Assembly (NCBI GenBank): GCA_964106645.2
Contig: OZ067038.1
DNA: 64,000 bases
Reading direction: 5' to 3' (one strand)
Source of the DNA: Podarcis pityusensis
Lineage: Eukaryota
Shown here: positions 61,381-64,000 of the stretch, piece by piece
Layout: each line of letters begins with the position of its first letter
Position numbering within the stretch: the stretch's first letter is position 1
Made by a program: the position numbers and the translations under genes
The notes under the pieces: generated by a model
Databases searched by the model: none
Told to the model about the DNA's origin: nothing
The model's input: only the letters and a program-made list of their open reading frames with translations

Positions 61381-64000
61381 TTCAAGCCAGTCACAGCCCA
61401 CCAACCATTTAATAGCCTGACAGGAGCTTGGCAAACCCAAGTATGCCTCAGAAGCTTGTGAGGGAACTCTCCTTATGAGAGCATTAATGTTGGGCAAACT
61501 CACTCAGCAACAAGTCCCCGACGGGCATTGAAAAGAAGAGTATTTCCTTCCCCCACTTTTGACATTGTTTGGCTTTTGGAGTCACGAGTTATGCAGACTT
61601 GCATTAATGCTTTCTTTAGCTTGGAAAGGAATTGCACCAATACCCAGTGGGTTAGACCTAGACTTGCTGGGAACACAACTCTGTTAATGGGACTCGGAGG
61701 AAAGCGATTTTCACCAATTCCTCCTGCAGCCCTCTCTATGCTCTGTTGGGCGACACTCACAGTGTTGGAGCCTCCACTGGATCAGATTCTGCTAACTAAA
61801 TTAGCTTTTCTTTTCATGCAAGCACATGTCTGGAGCTATCTCACTCCATTTATTACTATCTTTTTAACAACACAGTATTCTTTGCATTGGAGTAAGATGT
61901 GGGGAAAGGACACTTCTCTCCGTAATTCAAGTAGTTTTGTTTGTCTTATCATTCAGAAGAACAAAGCAAAAGCAATGTAATTAAACTAGTTGTAACATTT
62001 TTGTAGAGGGTTTTTTTTTTAAAAAAAGAAATATATATTAAATTCCTTTATGGTGCTTTAGGAGTCATTAAAGTGATTTAGGAGTCTTTTAGGACTGATT
62101 GAACTGATAGTGCTTAGTATCTTATTACAAGTTCTAATTGTTCAGCAGTTTCAATCAGCTCAGACAACACTGCTATTGTTATCTCAGCCAGCATATCTGT
62201 GAAACAGACATGATAACTGCTGGTGACTCTGCATCTTAATCTATTTTGTGTTTCATGTTCCCATCCTCAACAAGTCAGTAACCATCTCAGTCTTGTAAGA
62301 AAGGACACCATTTGCTGCTGATTGTTTCCCATAGGAATGTATGGGGATTCCTGTGGTTTTTCAGTGTCATAACTTGCTGGATGCACGGTGATCTGAAAGC
62401 ATATTTCAGACACTTAAATGGCCTTGAATAAAGAAGAAAAAAAGGGGAAATAGTGTGATAAGTTTATAACCTTAGCTTTAAGATTTAAGATATTATTCCA
62501 CATTTTTGGGAAAGGAAACTTGAAAGTGGAACTGGAATTTTATAAGCATCCATTTGCCAGGTTGAATCTCTGTCTTTGGAGTAGATATCCTCTTCTTTCC
62601 TTGTTCCACCTGGTGTCCTGTGCTTCATGGTGGGTTCTTCTGACATACCATTTTGTTTGAGTGAGAGTCCCTGATTTTGGATTATATGGCACCACCTAGC
62701 GGACAAATTTGCTCAGTAACCATTTGGCGTGCTCTCAGAGTAAAGCGTGAATTCTGTTAATTATTTAAACACACACCCTGCTTTCTGAGAAATCTCTACA
62801 AAGCATGTTTCACTGTATATAGAATTGTTTTATTTTATACATACTGTAATGTTTGTAGAACAATTCTGGATAGAGGAAGAATATACTTTGTAGCAACACC
62901 ATGCTATATAGGTTCCTAAAAGTTGTCAAATCAGATATGTCCTACAGAAGCTTCAAACTGTCAAAATCCAAAGGTAGCAAAATACGTAGACAGAGATTCC
63001 GTCTACCTCAAGTGTATGGTTCAGTATTTCCCCCTCTTGTGTTTCTAAATGCCTTGGTCAAGAGAATGTTCACCATAATATATATATATAGAGAGAGAGA
63101 GACTGTAATGGCCAAATGAATAAATGTACCACCCAATTTTTGTTTTAACTAATTGACTGGTTCGAAGGAAGACTGTTGAGAGCTCCCCAGTATTTTCTTT
63201 TAAAACTTAAGTTAAAATTTAACACTTAGGTTATGAAAGAGATGAATAGGAATAGGACTTTTTTTTTTGTCATCTAACCCACTGCAGTCATGGGTTGCTC
63301 TTGAAATCTTTATGCCTGGAACGCTAATGACATTCTGATGTTCTCATAATGTATCTTTGCTCCCCGTGGGGTGGGTCTGCTTAATGTTCCACCATGTAAG
63401 CTGTCAGAACAGAGAAGTATAGCAAGTGAAAAACAATCCCCAAAAGGGCAGCCACCTTAAACTCTGTATTACAAGCATGAAAACATGAGCATTCATTTTC
63501 CTCTAGAAACCACTTTCTGTAACTTCAGCTTTCATCTTGCTCAAATGGTTTTGGCTGGCCCAAGACACTTCGTGTAAATACATTCACAAAAAGCCATGGC
63601 TCCACAGAGCATGGTTTGTGGTGTCTTTTTGCAAGCTACAGTCAAATCAAACCGCCTCTTCAAAGTGGCGAGGACATGCGTGTTTGAAGTCAAAGACTAA
63701 AATGTGTGGAATCACCTGTTCCTTGGAAGCTTTTTGGCACCAAAGCTGGGGAAGCTTGCCAAGCACTGAACTGTAGTTCTTTGATGACTTTGAAGCCAAA
63801 CATTCAAGCAAACAGTTTGGCAAGGGCACTTCTGAAGCTTCAACCACATTTGGTCTAAAAGGACAGGAGATCAGAGAAGCTTCATACCTCTTTTGTTGTT
63901 TACAAATTCTGAGAGGAGACGGTTGTCTATCCCTGAGTGCTTCCAGACAACCTGTTTATTGAGTATTCATCTTGATTTGTTTGCAGGGAGATTAGGCAAC

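Noticed and set aside
61528-61980. 150-aa ORF after the last visible exon
   Set aside because: It does not match the expected next NAV2 exon (LYGRRAPWEDP..), has a TTG start and no domain; the real exon lies beyond the window.

Overview
Squamate (lizard-like, probably lacertid, judging by the Sauria/Squam SINEs and MITE families) genomic DNA. The whole window lies inside one + strand gene, NAV2 (neuron navigator 2). I traced 25 internal coding exons from 13606 to 61043 (4195 nt, one continuous frame with compatible splice phases). They cover the Ser-rich region, coiled coils and the AAA+ ATPase domain (Walker A GPSGTGKT). The N-terminal CH-domain exons and the last exons lie outside the window. 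A probable alternative first/hybrid exon (..MLWPRDLA) sits at about 1691-1788. Introns carry Tigger/pogo-like and Tc2-like MITEs, hAT MITEs, Sauria and Squam3-like SINEs, CR1 fragments and microsatellites. Most ORFs in the supplied track are spurious or are exon read-throughs. I see no evidence for a wholly new biological system. The most interesting signals are splicing-related: a 9-nt microexon, two candidate microexons I do not recognise, an RBFOX motif cluster, a GC-AG intron and the internal start exon. There are also hairpin-rich MITEs. Comparisons to human NAV2 and repeat family names are from memory and need database confirmation.
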